Of a stretch of 64,000 nucleotides of DNA, positions 24,105 through 34,860 are shown piece after piece. The notes beneath the pieces are model-generated. The model worked only from the letters and a program-made list of their open reading frames with translations. It searched no databases and was not told the origin of the DNA. A program made the translations under genes and the position numbers. Position 1 is the stretch's first letter, and the number at the start of each line of letters is the position of its first letter. Source of the stretch: Sphaerodactylus townsendi (Eukaryota); contig NC_059438.1 of assembly GCF_021028975.2 (NCBI RefSeq), forward strand, positions 31,620,001 to 31,684,000. Reading direction: 5' to 3'.

Positions 24105-24368
24105 CAAGCTAATTTTATCTCTTCATATAAGGAAATGAAGCAACCTGTCTATGAAGAATCTTTTAATGAAAATGAAGCACTATACTATCTAGGTGAAAAG
24201 TTCTACAGCTCATGTGTTTTTTGCTGCCAATAAGTGAACTGCCCATAACAGAAACGGACGTTTTATGACTTTTTATTTTATGGCAAGCCGGTGAAATTTC
24301 AAATGGAATAACTATGACCTCAAAAACACTAAAATAGTGATCAAAAAGTATGTTTATGTTTTACTTGA
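24105..24368 (+). pseudogene. Decayed 3'-terminal fragment of a third PKDREJ copy
   Basis: Translates QANFISSYKEMKQPVYEESFNENEALYYLGEKF, then a stop and frameshifts, then FLFYGKP and NYDLKNTKIVIKKYVYVLL; aligns with PKDREJ C-tail QAVIMSSYEDMKQPVYEEPSEEAEVVKFLCHKI...FLYGH...HLGLKARKINGRKMVYLVV. Confidence 0.85.
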
Positions 24369-24483
24369 CTCAGGTGTGTTGTCTGACAGCGGGAGGTATG
24401 TAAGAACACAGTCGGGGGAATGAGTAAGTGTCTGTGAAATTTGCAGTGCATTTGGGCCAGCAGGTGCAGGGTCAATCTTGAAG

Positions 24484-24689
24484 NNNNNNNNNNNNNNNNN
24501 NNNNNNNNNNNNNNNNNNNNNNNNNNNNNNNNNNNNNNNNNNNNNNNNNNNNNNNNNNNNNNNNNNNNNNNNNNNNNNNNNNNNNNNNNNNNNNNNNNNN
24601 NNNNNNNNNNNNNNNNNNNNNNNNNNNNNNNNNNNNNNNNNNNNNNNNNNNNNNNNNNNNNNNNNNNNNNNNNNNNNNNNNNNNNNNNN
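24484..24689. other. Assembly gap (further gaps at 25202-25348 and 39359-39539)
   Basis: Runs of N. Confidence 1.
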
Positions 24690-25201
24690 AGTGTGATTGG
24701 ACACACAAGGAATTTGTCTCCGGTGCATATGCTCTCAGTGTACATAAAAGAAAAATACATTTGTCAAGGAATCACTAAGGTACAGCACTTAATGATTGTC
24801 ATATAGGTCTAGTAAGCAATCAGGAAACAATCAATAGTAATAAAAACATAAAATGTAAAATCATAAAATAAAATAAAATGTCAGCACAGTCTATAGTCAT
24901 ACAGTCATAAGTGGGAGGAGATGGGTAAATACGGAATGATGAAGTAGAAAAAAAGTAGACTGCAGTAATTATATAATAAAGTATATAATAAATAGTTTAA
25001 CATTATTGAGGGAATTATTTGTTTAACAGAGTGATGGCATTCGGGAAAAAACTGTTCTTATGTCTAGTTGTCTTGGTGTGCAGTGCTCTGTAGCGACGTT
25101 TAGAGGGTAAGAGTTGAAACAGTTTATGTCCAGGATGCGAGGGGTCATTAAATATTTTCACAGCCCTTTTTTGACCCGTGCAGTATACAGGTCCTCAATG
25201 G
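24690..25201 (-). mobile_element. Rex1/Babar-like LINE 3' fragment, flanked by assembly gaps
   Basis: Minus strand encodes (one frameshift) IEDLYTARVKK..KIFNDPSHPGHKLFQLLPSKRRYRALHTKTTRHKNSFFPNAITLLN; its 3'UTR is near-identical to 41652-41870. Confidence 0.8.
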
Positions 25202-25370
25202 NNNNNNNNNNNNNNNNNNNNNNNNNNNNNNNNNNNNNNNNNNNNNNNNNNNNNNNNNNNNNNNNNNNNNNNNNNNNNNNNNNNNNNNNNNNNNNNNNNN
25301 NNNNNNNNNNNNNNNNNNNNNNNNNNNNNNNNNNNNNNNNNNNNNNNNGGAAGCTAGATAGATGGTGGAG

Positions 25371-25405
<35 letters not shown>

Positions 25406-25695
25406 GGGCTCAGCTGCTGGATTTTGGGGCTCAGCTGCTGGATTTTGGGACATATAAAATACTCAGCAGATTATGGAACATCTATTAGATATGGTGATCT
25501 CTTGCATGATTGGCTTGTGTCTAGTATATAGTTTCAAATGAAAAAGCAGAATTCACTCCAGTATGCTATGCATTATAATATGCCAAGGATTTTGGTGAAC
25601 ACCAAATGTATTTCACTTTAAGCGTGCAGGTGTGTTGTTTAACATGCTTGCTGTTAGCCCACTTTAAGCCCTTTCCTAATTAGGCGGGGGTGGGG

Positions 25696-25793
25696 CAGTG
25701 GTGGGATTCAAATAATTTAACTGGTTGTTTACAAGCACCATTTTAACAACCGGTTCTGCCAAAGTGGTGCGAACCTGCTGAATCCCGCCACTG
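25696..25793. mobile_element. Short hAT MITE
   Basis: TIRs CAGTGGTGGGATTCA / TGAATCCCGCCACTG; TSD GGGTGGGG. Confidence 0.8.
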
Positions 25794-26890
25794 GGGTGGG
25801 GAGGTGTTATAGCAGATATCTTTTCTTATTTTCAGATTTAGCTTATTACCTTGCGATAATGAAGTTGGAGGTTCAGGCAGTTATTTCCCCCTTTTTCCTA
25901 TAACTTCCATTCTGATTGCACTTTTTGTGTTGGATGAGAGTCAATGTGAAGGGTTGTTTATGTTAATCGAAAATCCGAAATAGGAAAACTGGTCTACCCA
26001 AACCTCATCCTCTAGGAGGAAGATATGTGTTGGGGAAAAATTTCTCAACTGATTATCTCCCCCACACCATAGTTCCTTACCTGCTCCCATTTTATATATT
26101 ATAAAAACCAAATTATCTTTTTTTAAAAGTTGTGTATAAGTTGCACTTTAAAAAGTGTTGTTTACTGGCAACTACCAAGACATCAAGTGCAAACCTTTCT
26201 GTTACTTTTGGGGAAGAGTCACGATTCAGTAGGACAGCCCATTTTTTTGTATGTAGAAGCTCCCACCATGGCTAGAATACCTGAAACACTGGAGAGCCAT
26301 CATCAATTAGAGCTCATTGAGACAACAGTGTACCTCAATATGAAGCAGCTCTCTCAGCCCCACCTACCTCACAGGGTGTTTGTTGTGAGGGGGGAAGGGC
26401 AAGGAGATTGTGAGCCCCTGAGTCTCCTGCAGGAGAGAAAGGGGGGATATAAATCCAAACTACTCCTCCTCTGTCTCTGCTTCTTCCTCAGATGTTTACC
26501 AATATCTGTTTCTACTGGCCAGTATTATCTCAAACGAAAGTGAAATTTTCCTTGGCCATGTCCTGCAAAGTGTGTGTTTGAGCGTGCATAATCACACACG
26601 CTTCTAAGAAAATACGTATGCAAACAGGCTTATAGTCCATTTTTACAAATAAGGACTTGGTTTCAGATGAAGGAAAGATGAGGTAGAACATTTTATGAAG
26701 ACCACAAAGGGGTTTGTAAAGAATGAGGGGCATTGCTTTTTGAGGAAGGGGGGGGGGCAGGGAAGTACAGAAACTGGTTGCCCAGCGATGCATGGGATTC
26801 TAGAACTCATGTGAAAGTTTCATGTATGGCAGTTGGGGATGATGAGTGTCAGGGGCTGCTCCTGATTCTAGCCTTTTGTGTCACCTTAAC

Positions 26891-29800
26891 ATGCACCGTG
26901 TGTCGTGCACCCTCCTCCTCTTCTGGTACTGGCGCTGCTTCCAGTACCCAGAGGCTACGGCCCCTTGTTTACTGCCATCACCATTGCTGGTCATCTGCTC
27001 AGACCCACAAACCCATTTCAGACAGCAGCAAAACTCCACCGTTAGGACTTCATGCCTATGGGACGGAGACCCCAAGCTCTACTGCCTGAGAGTCTCGGGA
27101 TTTGTGTCAAGAATTAGAAGGGGATGCACAGATTTTCCATCTTCTGATTGTAGCTGGTGCTGGAGATCAGCCTGGATGCGTAGTACGATTCTCCGGCAGT
27201 GTCGGTGGCTGCTGGGCTTCTGCCTCAAAACACATCCGCCTTGGGATTCCAGCCGGATCCCCATACAGGGTGCATCAATTTCCTGCAGAGTGCCCACGTG
27301 CCTTCACCATGACCTGAGCACTGAAGTGTTTGGCCAGGACATCCAGCTTCTCCTGCTCCAGCCACTCACATGTCCTGCCTCTAAGCAAAAACCAGTGCTG
27401 CTTGGCTGGTGTGCACGCCTCAACAGTTCAAGATGGCCTTCCCACCACAGTGGTCAAGGAGGTGAACCTGTGGTCTTGCTCCTCCCTGCTAGCTATCGTC
27501 CAGATTCTCCACACCATCATAATGGTAAATTGTACAACACGTGCATCTCCTACTTCAGCTACCACCCGAAAGTTCATGATACCCACCAAGGGCTACATGT
27601 TGCTTCCCTCCACACTGATCATGGACCTCAAGACAGCCTTAGTCTGGACTTGCTGGTGGAACCCATCCTGGTACACCTTTTTAGCATCCATTCCAAATGG
27701 CTCGCTATCACTCATAGCACCATCAATCTCTTTTGGAGCCTCTTACGTGTAAGCCCCAGAAAAATGGCCTATAGGCTGTTAGACGTTGAGAGTGGATTCT
27801 GGTCTACCTCCTACAGTCCATATGTTCTGAAGAACAATTTCTCTGTTGGCCGTATCCCACAGCATTCCAGGAAGAAGGTTGTAGCCAGCATATATTTTTG
27901 CACTGAAGAAGGGGAAACTGGGGAGCTGAGAGGGGAACTTGGGTACTCTAATGCCACCTTAAGTCTAACATCTAAGAGTGAGCCACCATTTCATTTCACT
28001 CTCAACACAAGCAAAATCAAGATGGGCACCTACCTTTTCAGTCCAGCACGGGGACTGTACTATTCCACCCAAGAAGGAAAGACTCCTGATGATCCCTCCA
28101 GCATGCACTACTTTTTCTACCAGCAGCAAACCCTCTCGTATCTATTCACCATCGAGTTTCACCAATGGCAATGGTACAGGTTGAGCATGCACACGTACCT
28201 TAACAGGAAGGGAATCCCTTTACAAAAGTTTTTCCCAGAGAAAAATATAGAAGTTCATGTTTTCAACAGCGGTCCTTCTTTTTTACAAAGTTTGATCTAT
28301 ATTGTGTGGTTTGTTCCTATACAACACCCACTATTGCAGAATGAGTGGACCTTTGAGTTGCAATTGTTTGATTCAAGAGGGGACTTCCTCCTACGAAACA
28401 ATACTTATACGTATAGGGATCGCATCAAAAATGCGGCCCATTTTATTCCTCACTTTGTTTTACCTTTCAATCCTGCCTTGTATGCGGGTTTTGTAGCACC
28501 AGTGAACTGCACTAAAAGACTGATAAGGGCTGTTTTAAAAACTACAATCAACCCTTACGCTTCAAAGGAAAGCAACTTCACAGTTCCTTGCCTTCAAAAC
28601 GATTGTTTTATTAAACATGTTAAAATACGTAAACCTGATTCTTCTAACAGTGTCTTACAGTACAGTAAAGGGACCTCGTTTACTCTGTCTGCTGACATAC
28701 AGATGAATTGCCCAAGTTCTAAACACAGAGGCAATATTTGGAAAATCTATAAAGTCTCAGATGTGAAGGCTACCCCTGACTGGTCAAAACCTTTTGATCC
28801 ACCTGGCCTTGGAAGGCAAGATCTTGTTATGTTAGATGTTCCTGGTTCTACTTTCGATGATGGTTTGTATCTCTTTAATTTCACAGTTAAATTAACCACA
28901 ACAGGTACTTCAGAGACTGTGGAGGATTCTGATTCGGTGTTTGTCCAGGTTGGGTCAGGTAGTCTTGTGGCCATCATTGCTGGAGGCAATTTTCGGACAG
29001 TTGGATTTTCTGATCAATGGACTCTAGATGGATCTTATTCCTATGATACCGAGGCAGCCCTTCCTTCTGAAAGGATCACCTTTACTTGGTACTGCACCAA
29101 ACAAAAATCAGACTACGCATCCATGACGCTAAGTTTGAAGGGAAAATGTCACCCAGATCAAGTGAATTTGAAATGGACAACATCATCTAATGAAGTCCAA
29201 ACAGTGCAGCCGGAAACCCTTCAAGCAAATATTATTTATTATTTTTGTCTCGCGGTTCAAAAAGGTGGCAGGATAGCTCGGGCTGAACAAACAGTTCATG
29301 TGCAGCCAAGCTCTGTTCCAATTCTGAACATCACATGTATTGAAAATTGTGGTCCGTCAGTCACACCCAGAGAAAGGTTGTGTCTGTCTGGCAAGTGCAT
29401 GAACTGTGGGAAATCAATCAGACTGCTCTATCATTGGTCACTTCTCACGGCAAATTTCACTGAAATAAATTTTGATTGGGATGCCAAGACTACAACTGGA
29501 CGGTCTAGTCCATACATGTGTATCAAAACTCTGAGTTTTCTAAATATGACAGAGGCAACATACGTGCTTACTCTAAAAGCAAGCATCTGGAGATACCAGT
29601 CATCTGTTTATAACTATTCATTTTTTGTAAATTCTCCTCCTCAGATCGGCAAGTGCTTGCTTAAGCCTACCACAGGAAGTGTGTTTCTAACAAAATTCAT
29701 TGTTCACTGTAGCGGGTTTAGAGATAAACATTTGCCTCTTACATATAAAGTCAAAGCAGCGTCCCACCCGTTAACAATTACTAAAGTGTTTTCTATAGAA

Positions 29801-32800
29801 AACAACACCCCGGGGACAATTGTGTATTCTGGTTATCGGTCTAAAATCCCACCATCTTTTTTACCCATTGGCATCCCCTCTAAGCAATATACCTTGACAA
29901 TACACATTGAGGCATACGATGCTCTTGGAGCATTTTCTCAAGTAACCTTACAGGCAAAGGTACACGGTCCATTCATAGGTAAGCAAACAGATTATATTCT
30001 AAATGAATTACATGGTTTATCCAGTGGGCCAAAAGCTCCAATTTCATATTTTCTTGAAAGTGGGGATTATTTTAATGCAGGATATTTTGTCTACATGGTG
30101 GCTTCTGTTTTGAACAGTATTGAAGCTTTGCAACAATTTCACTCCTCTAAGACCGAGCTTCGGGAAATCCTTCTTAACAAGTCTGCAGAAATCCCTACAA
30201 CTGGCATACTGGAACTAACCCAAATGGTTTCAGGAATTTCTCAAATAACGCAGGAAGCCGCAGAAGTAAACAGGAAGACACAACTCCTTGCCCTCAGAAA
30301 ACTCAAAGAACTGAGTAAAGAACTGAAAAGGTACAGAGATAAAAACTTGGGTTCTAGGGACATAGAAGTTCTCAGCACTGGTATTTTTGAAGGGCTGTCC
30401 AATATCCTGAAAGCATCTCTGCTAGACTACAGAAATGTCCATAAAAATGGGGTGACAGACACTCTCTCCATCACTGAGATATTAGCAGAAATAATCTTAC
30501 AAGGTAAAGTCCCTGGAGAAAATGAAACTGTTATGGAAACCAGTGACTGGACCATTAGATTCAGAAAAGACGCCAAGTGGAGTGTTCCTGGTACTTTCCC
30601 TCACAGAGGGGTCTGTAAGAATTGCTTTTATTCCAAAATCAATCAAGAGGGTCATGACGAATTGCCAGCAGATGCTGAAGTCTCCACTGTTGTTTTTGCA
30701 TTTCATAAAAACCCTTTCCCTTGGTTACCCTTTTCAAAAGATATCAGCACAACGGTGACTGGATTCAAGATGACGGGAACCAGATCTGATGGCAACATAG
30801 TGGGGGTCATACCTGACGTAGCTGAAATGATCATGACCAGAAAAGATGAGGGCCCTGCCATCTTTGAGCTGAATATTGGACACAACAGAAAACTTCACAA
30901 AAAAACTGGAGGCTTTAGTTTTGAAGTACATAGAAATTCCAAAGAAGTTTTCATCCAGATTGTAACTGAACGGAAGCTTACTTTCCAGCTATTTGTTTAT
31001 CTAGGCCTCAACATCAACCATCCTCCCATCGCATCTTTCAGTGGTTCCCATAACAAACATACAGCAACAACAGGAAAGAAGTCTAAGGGCCATGGCTGTG
31101 CAGCCCAAGATTCTTCTATATTTTGCCTTTCCCGGTCTTTGCTGAAATCCATGTTCCAAGGTAACAGTGCTGAAAAATGGAACATGTCTATTATTTTACA
31201 ATCAGATCCTTTCTTGTGGGACCCAAGAGTTCAGGTCGTTGGTGTCAGACTTTTTACCGCTGACTGCTTATACCTAGATGGAATCCAGAGTCAATGGAAA
31301 GAAGGTGTCTGCGACCTTGGCCCTCAGACGAGCTGGGAGAAATTACATTGCATCTGCAAAGCCAAACAACGTACTCCAAGAACAGCAAGTCCTCGACCGA
31401 GAAGAACTTCCAAAAATGACATGAAATTTTTGGCGGGCAAAGTCAGCGTCCACCCTGATTTGAAGGAGGTCCCGTTGGTACGCGTCAACAACAACCCAGT
31501 GACAACTGTGACGGTCCTTTTCATTTTTGTCGTATACATTTGCTTGGCTGTTTGGACCATGAGGAAAGACAGGGCTGATGTAAAAAGCGTAGACCATATC
31601 ATAGTCTTATCAGACAATGACCCCTATGACCAAGTATGTTACTTTGTCACAATATACACAGGAAGCCGCTTTGGAGCAGGAACCACAGCCGATGTTTTCA
31701 TCCAACTGATAGGCCACAGAGATGCCAGCGACATACATTGTTTGAGACACCCCGAATACCCAGTTCTTGTCCGTGGAGCAGTCAACACTTTTCTCCTGAC
31801 TAGCAAGAACGACCTTGGAGATATTTATTCCTTCCGTGCGTGGCACAATCATGGAGGTTCATCTCCTAACTGGTTCTTGAGTAGAGTCAAAGTGCAAAAC
31901 GTATTCACCAAACAATCTTGGAAGTTCATATGCCGAAAATGGTTTGCGCTCAATAAGGATGATGGTCTAATAGAAAGGTCGTTTGTTGCCACTCACCCCA
32001 CCACACCTTTAAGCAAAATGGATTTCTTCTGGATAAATCTTGCCTGTGAGTTAGCAGAGACCCACCTATGGCTTTCTGTTTTCGCTCACATCAGCACCAG
32101 TTCTTTGAAAAGGCTCCACAGGTTGTCTTCTTGCTTGGCGATGCTGTTGTGCACCCTACTTTTCAATATCATCTTCTTCAGTGCTAACAAGGATGAGCTA
32201 GTGGCTTCTCAACAGCCGTTGTATTTGAGGTCTCTACTGACTGGAATTCATAGCGCTTTCATTTTCTTCCCTCTACAGATATTGATAACCGTCTTGTTCA
32301 AGTATTCTCAGCAGAAGCCTTTGCAACAGGGCCCGTTTAACACTCAGCATCAAGGACGTTCTGCTTTCATGTCTAGAAATCTTAGGAACTGGAAGGAGCG
32401 TCTGCAGAAATGGTACCTTGCTGAAACCGCTTCAAAAGGTTTAGGCGATAGTTTCCACAAGAGCCTTTCTAGAACTCCAGATTCATACGGTTTGGAACAG
32501 TTGAAAAGAAAAAGCTGGGGGCAGGCAGCAAAGAAACAGAGTAACTGTACTGTTTCTGAGGGGGATGCAAATATAATTGCAACGGAAGAGGACATGGTTC
32601 ATGATGCCCAAGCCCCCAACAATTTTAATAACAGACATGAGAAGAAAGACCCATTTCCTCAGGTAACACCACTAAATAGTCCCATTGTGCTCTCTAATAA
32701 AAACCCACAAATAATAATCCCCTGGTGGTATGCATATGTCTTGTGGACGCTGGTCTTGGTCACTTCGACGGTGTCATCGTTTTTTATCATATTTTACGGC

Positions 32801-34774
32801 CTGTCGTATGACTATGAAACATCTTTTGAGTGGCTTATAGCCTCGAGCGTTTCATTTTGCGAGAGCGTGTTTTTGCTTCAAACCTTGAACGTTGCTTTCT
32901 TTTCAGCCTTGAGGACACTCTATCCAAAGTATTGTGATAATATCCCATGGTCAAAACGAGAAACCTACTTAGAGATTAAACTGGACAATAAAACTATGGA
33001 TGCCGATGAGATGCGCGAGTTACATTATGAGCTGGTCCGTCTTCGAGGCACCAAACAATACCAGCCCTTGGAAGAGGACGAAGTTGCACTTTTAAAGAAA
33101 AAGCAGAAGGTTGAACAACAGGCTTTTGTGTTCATAAAGGGTATCATATGTCACTTTGTCTTTTTAATTCTTATTTTAAGTATCGCCTACTCAATGGAAA
33201 ACACTGCTAGTTTTTACTACAATCAAGACATTCATAACAAATTCTCTCAGGGGCTCTCAGATATAAGCAAGCCAGAGCACATTTACAGTTGGCTGAAGAA
33301 TGTATTTCTACACTTGATCCACAACAAGAACTACCCATCTTATCTTTCAAAGTCCTGGTCCAAAATCCTGGGGTTGCCCAGAATGCGACAAATAAGAGCA
33401 ACGAATACGTCAAAGGATTGCTTTCATCCACGCAGTTTGGTAAATTTGTTTGTGATTAGTAACAGTCATTGTCTTCACCATTATGGACATGACCCAGAAG
33501 ATCAACGAGATTACCATGGGTCATGGACAAATTCTGCCAATGAATCCATTTTCAACCCTTTCAGCAATTTTTCAGGCTACACATACTATTCAGTCCCTGA
33601 ACAATGGAAATATACTTCATATGGAACACTACATGCTTATGGAGCAGGAGGATATACTTTTCATTTCCACCCAGAAGAACAACAGTCCAATTCATCAAGA
33701 AGAGTTGCTTTTTTGAAACAGAGAGGCTGGTTGGATGAAAATACATGGGCATTAATAGTTGAGCTGACAGCTTTTAATCCAGATGCAGATTTATTTTGCA
33801 GCATCTCGGTTGTTTTTGAGATGTCTGACTTAGGCCCTGTTAACACAAGCTTGTCAATCCATTCATACAAACTCCCACTTTTCAAGCAGCTAAGTAAGAC
33901 ACAAAAATTCGTGTTTGTCACTGTTGCCTATATACTCATATTTTATATCGCCGACGAAATTTGCGTGGTGCAACAACAGCGACTAAGATACGTCCGAAAT
34001 GTTTCTAACTTAATTAACTTTGGGATAAAGACAGTTTGTCTCTTTTATCTTTTGAACCATTCCTTCAAGTTCAAGTTGGCTTCCAGCTTAATACAGCTTT
34101 ATTTACTTCATCCAAAAGAATTCATTCCATTCCATAAAGTTTCTCACATCGATCAGACAATAAGGGTCGCTTTAGGTTTTTTGATCTTTCTTATCATTTT
34201 GAAAACGCTGCGATATTCTCGGTTCTTTTATGATGTGCGATTGGCTCAACGCTCTATCTTAGCAGCCCTCCCTGGAATTTGCTCCATGGCTCTTGTGGTG
34301 GCAGTATATTTCTTTGTCTACATGGCATTTGGCTACCTGGTATTTGGCCAGTATGAATGGAACTACAATACTATGATTCATTCCGCTCAAACAGTATTCT
34401 CTTACTGTGTTTCAGCTTTTAAAGACACTGCCTTTACATCCAATAGGATACTAGGAAGCCTCTATTTGTCTTCATTTATGATGGTCATGATTTGTGTGTT
34501 GATCAATTTATTTCAAGCTGTGATTATGTCTTCCTATGAAGACATGAAACAACCCGTCTATGAAGAGCCTTCTGAAGAAGCAGAAGTGGTCAAGTTTCTG
34601 TGTCACAAGATCCGCAAGATATGGTTTTTGATAAGGTGTAAAACGCCACCTGAACATGATGCCGAGCTTTTCATTCGATTTCTGTATGGGCATTCAGAAA
34701 GGAGAAACTCGCGTCACCTAGGACTCAAAGCCAGGAAAATAAATGGCCGGAAAATGGTTTATCTTGTTGTTTGA
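26891..34774 (+). CDS. PKDREJ: PKDREJ paralog 2: intronless polycystin family receptor for egg jelly, ~2627 aa, conserved (ortholog-like) copy
   Basis: Uninterrupted 7.9-kb ORF; ATG at 26891 before MHRVSCTLLLFWYW; same domain order; C-terminal channel region LKTLRYSRFFYDVRLAQR...FGYLVFGQYEWNY...QTVFSYCVSAF...MKQPVYEEPS...KMVYLVV is close to recalled mammalian PKDREJ. Confidence 0.95.
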   Translation: MHRVSCTLLLFWYWRCFQYPEATAPCLLPSPLLVICSDPQTHFRQQQNSTVRTSCLWDGDPKLYCLRVSGFVSRIRRGCTDFPSSDCSWCWRSAWMRSTILRQCRWLLGFCLKTHPPWDSSRIPIQGASISCRVPTCLHHDLSTEVFGQDIQLLLLQPLTCPASKQKPVLLGWCARLNSSRWPSHHSGQGGEPVVLLLPASYRPDSPHHHNGKLYNTCISYFSYHPKVHDTHQGLHVASLHTDHGPQDSLSLDLLVEPILVHLFSIHSKWLAITHSTINLFWSLLRVSPRKMAYRLLDVESGFWSTSYSPYVLKNNFSVGRIPQHSRKKVVASIYFCTEEGETGELRGELGYSNATLSLTSKSEPPFHFTLNTSKIKMGTYLFSPARGLYYSTQEGKTPDDPSSMHYFFYQQQTLSYLFTIEFHQWQWYRLSMHTYLNRKGIPLQKFFPEKNIEVHVFNSGPSFLQSLIYIVWFVPIQHPLLQNEWTFELQLFDSRGDFLLRNNTYTYRDRIKNAAHFIPHFVLPFNPALYAGFVAPVNCTKRLIRAVLKTTINPYASKESNFTVPCLQNDCFIKHVKIRKPDSSNSVLQYSKGTSFTLSADIQMNCPSSKHRGNIWKIYKVSDVKATPDWSKPFDPPGLGRQDLVMLDVPGSTFDDGLYLFNFTVKLTTTGTSETVEDSDSVFVQVGSGSLVAIIAGGNFRTVGFSDQWTLDGSYSYDTEAALPSERITFTWYCTKQKSDYASMTLSLKGKCHPDQVNLKWTTSSNEVQTVQPETLQANIIYYFCLAVQKGGRIARAEQTVHVQPSSVPILNITCIENCGPSVTPRERLCLSGKCMNCGKSIRLLYHWSLLTANFTEINFDWDAKTTTGRSSPYMCIKTLSFLNMTEATYVLTLKASIWRYQSSVYNYSFFVNSPPQIGKCLLKPTTGSVFLTKFIVHCSGFRDKHLPLTYKVKAASHPLTITKVFSIENNTPGTIVYSGYRSKIPPSFLPIGIPSKQYTLTIHIEAYDALGAFSQVTLQAKVHGPFIGKQTDYILNELHGLSSGPKAPISYFLESGDYFNAGYFVYMVASVLNSIEALQQFHSSKTELREILLNKSAEIPTTGILELTQMVSGISQITQEAAEVNRKTQLLALRKLKELSKELKRYRDKNLGSRDIEVLSTGIFEGLSNILKASLLDYRNVHKNGVTDTLSITEILAEIILQGKVPGENETVMETSDWTIRFRKDAKWSVPGTFPHRGVCKNCFYSKINQEGHDELPADAEVSTVVFAFHKNPFPWLPFSKDISTTVTGFKMTGTRSDGNIVGVIPDVAEMIMTRKDEGPAIFELNIGHNRKLHKKTGGFSFEVHRNSKEVFIQIVTERKLTFQLFVYLGLNINHPPIASFSGSHNKHTATTGKKSKGHGCAAQDSSIFCLSRSLLKSMFQGNSAEKWNMSIILQSDPFLWDPRVQVVGVRLFTADCLYLDGIQSQWKEGVCDLGPQTSWEKLHCICKAKQRTPRTASPRPRRTSKNDMKFLAGKVSVHPDLKEVPLVRVNNNPVTTVTVLFIFVVYICLAVWTMRKDRADVKSVDHIIVLSDNDPYDQVCYFVTIYTGSRFGAGTTADVFIQLIGHRDASDIHCLRHPEYPVLVRGAVNTFLLTSKNDLGDIYSFRAWHNHGGSSPNWFLSRVKVQNVFTKQSWKFICRKWFALNKDDGLIERSFVATHPTTPLSKMDFFWINLACELAETHLWLSVFAHISTSSLKRLHRLSSCLAMLLCTLLFNIIFFSANKDELVASQQPLYLRSLLTGIHSAFIFFPLQILITVLFKYSQQKPLQQGPFNTQHQGRSAFMSRNLRNWKERLQKWYLAETASKGLGDSFHKSLSRTPDSYGLEQLKRKSWGQAAKKQSNCTVSEGDANIIATEEDMVHDAQAPNNFNNRHEKKDPFPQVTPLNSPIVLSNKNPQIIIPWWYAYVLWTLVLVTSTVSSFFIIFYGLSYDYETSFEWLIASSVSFCESVFLLQTLNVAFFSALRTLYPKYCDNIPWSKRETYLEIKLDNKTMDADEMRELHYELVRLRGTKQYQPLEEDEVALLKKKQKVEQQAFVFIKGIICHFVFLILILSIAYSMENTASFYYNQDIHNKFSQGLSDISKPEHIYSWLKNVFLHLIHNKNYPSYLSKSWSKILGLPRMRQIRATNTSKDCFHPRSLVNLFVISNSHCLHHYGHDPEDQRDYHGSWTNSANESIFNPFSNFSGYTYYSVPEQWKYTSYGTLHAYGAGGYTFHFHPEEQQSNSSRRVAFLKQRGWLDENTWALIVELTAFNPDADLFCSISVVFEMSDLGPVNTSLSIHSYKLPLFKQLSKTQKFVFVTVAYILIFYIADEICVVQQQRLRYVRNVSNLINFGIKTVCLFYLLNHSFKFKLASSLIQLYLLHPKEFIPFHKVSHIDQTIRVALGFLIFLIILKTLRYSRFFYDVRLAQRSILAALPGICSMALVVAVYFFVYMAFGYLVFGQYEWNYNTMIHSAQTVFSYCVSAFKDTAFTSNRILGSLYLSSFMMVMICVLINLFQAVIMSSYEDMKQPVYEEPSEEAEVVKFLCHKIRKIWFLIRCKTPPEHDAELFIRFLYGHSERRNSRHLGLKARKINGRKMVYLVV

Positions 34775-34854
34775 TTCTCTGCTAACCTTAAATGCAACAG
34801 CCCTTCATCTGAAGAATTTTGTGTAGCCACGCTTGAAATATGTCTGATTTGTGC

Positions 34855-34860
34855 ATTAAA
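34855..34860 (+). other. Candidate polyadenylation signal of PKDREJ copy 2
   Basis: ATTAAA 80 nt after the stop codon with T-rich sequence downstream. Confidence 0.4.

Noticed and set aside
15286-34774. PKDREJ pair as uncollapsed haplotypes
   Set aside because: The copies differ throughout, with indels and unrelated flanks, far beyond allelic divergence.
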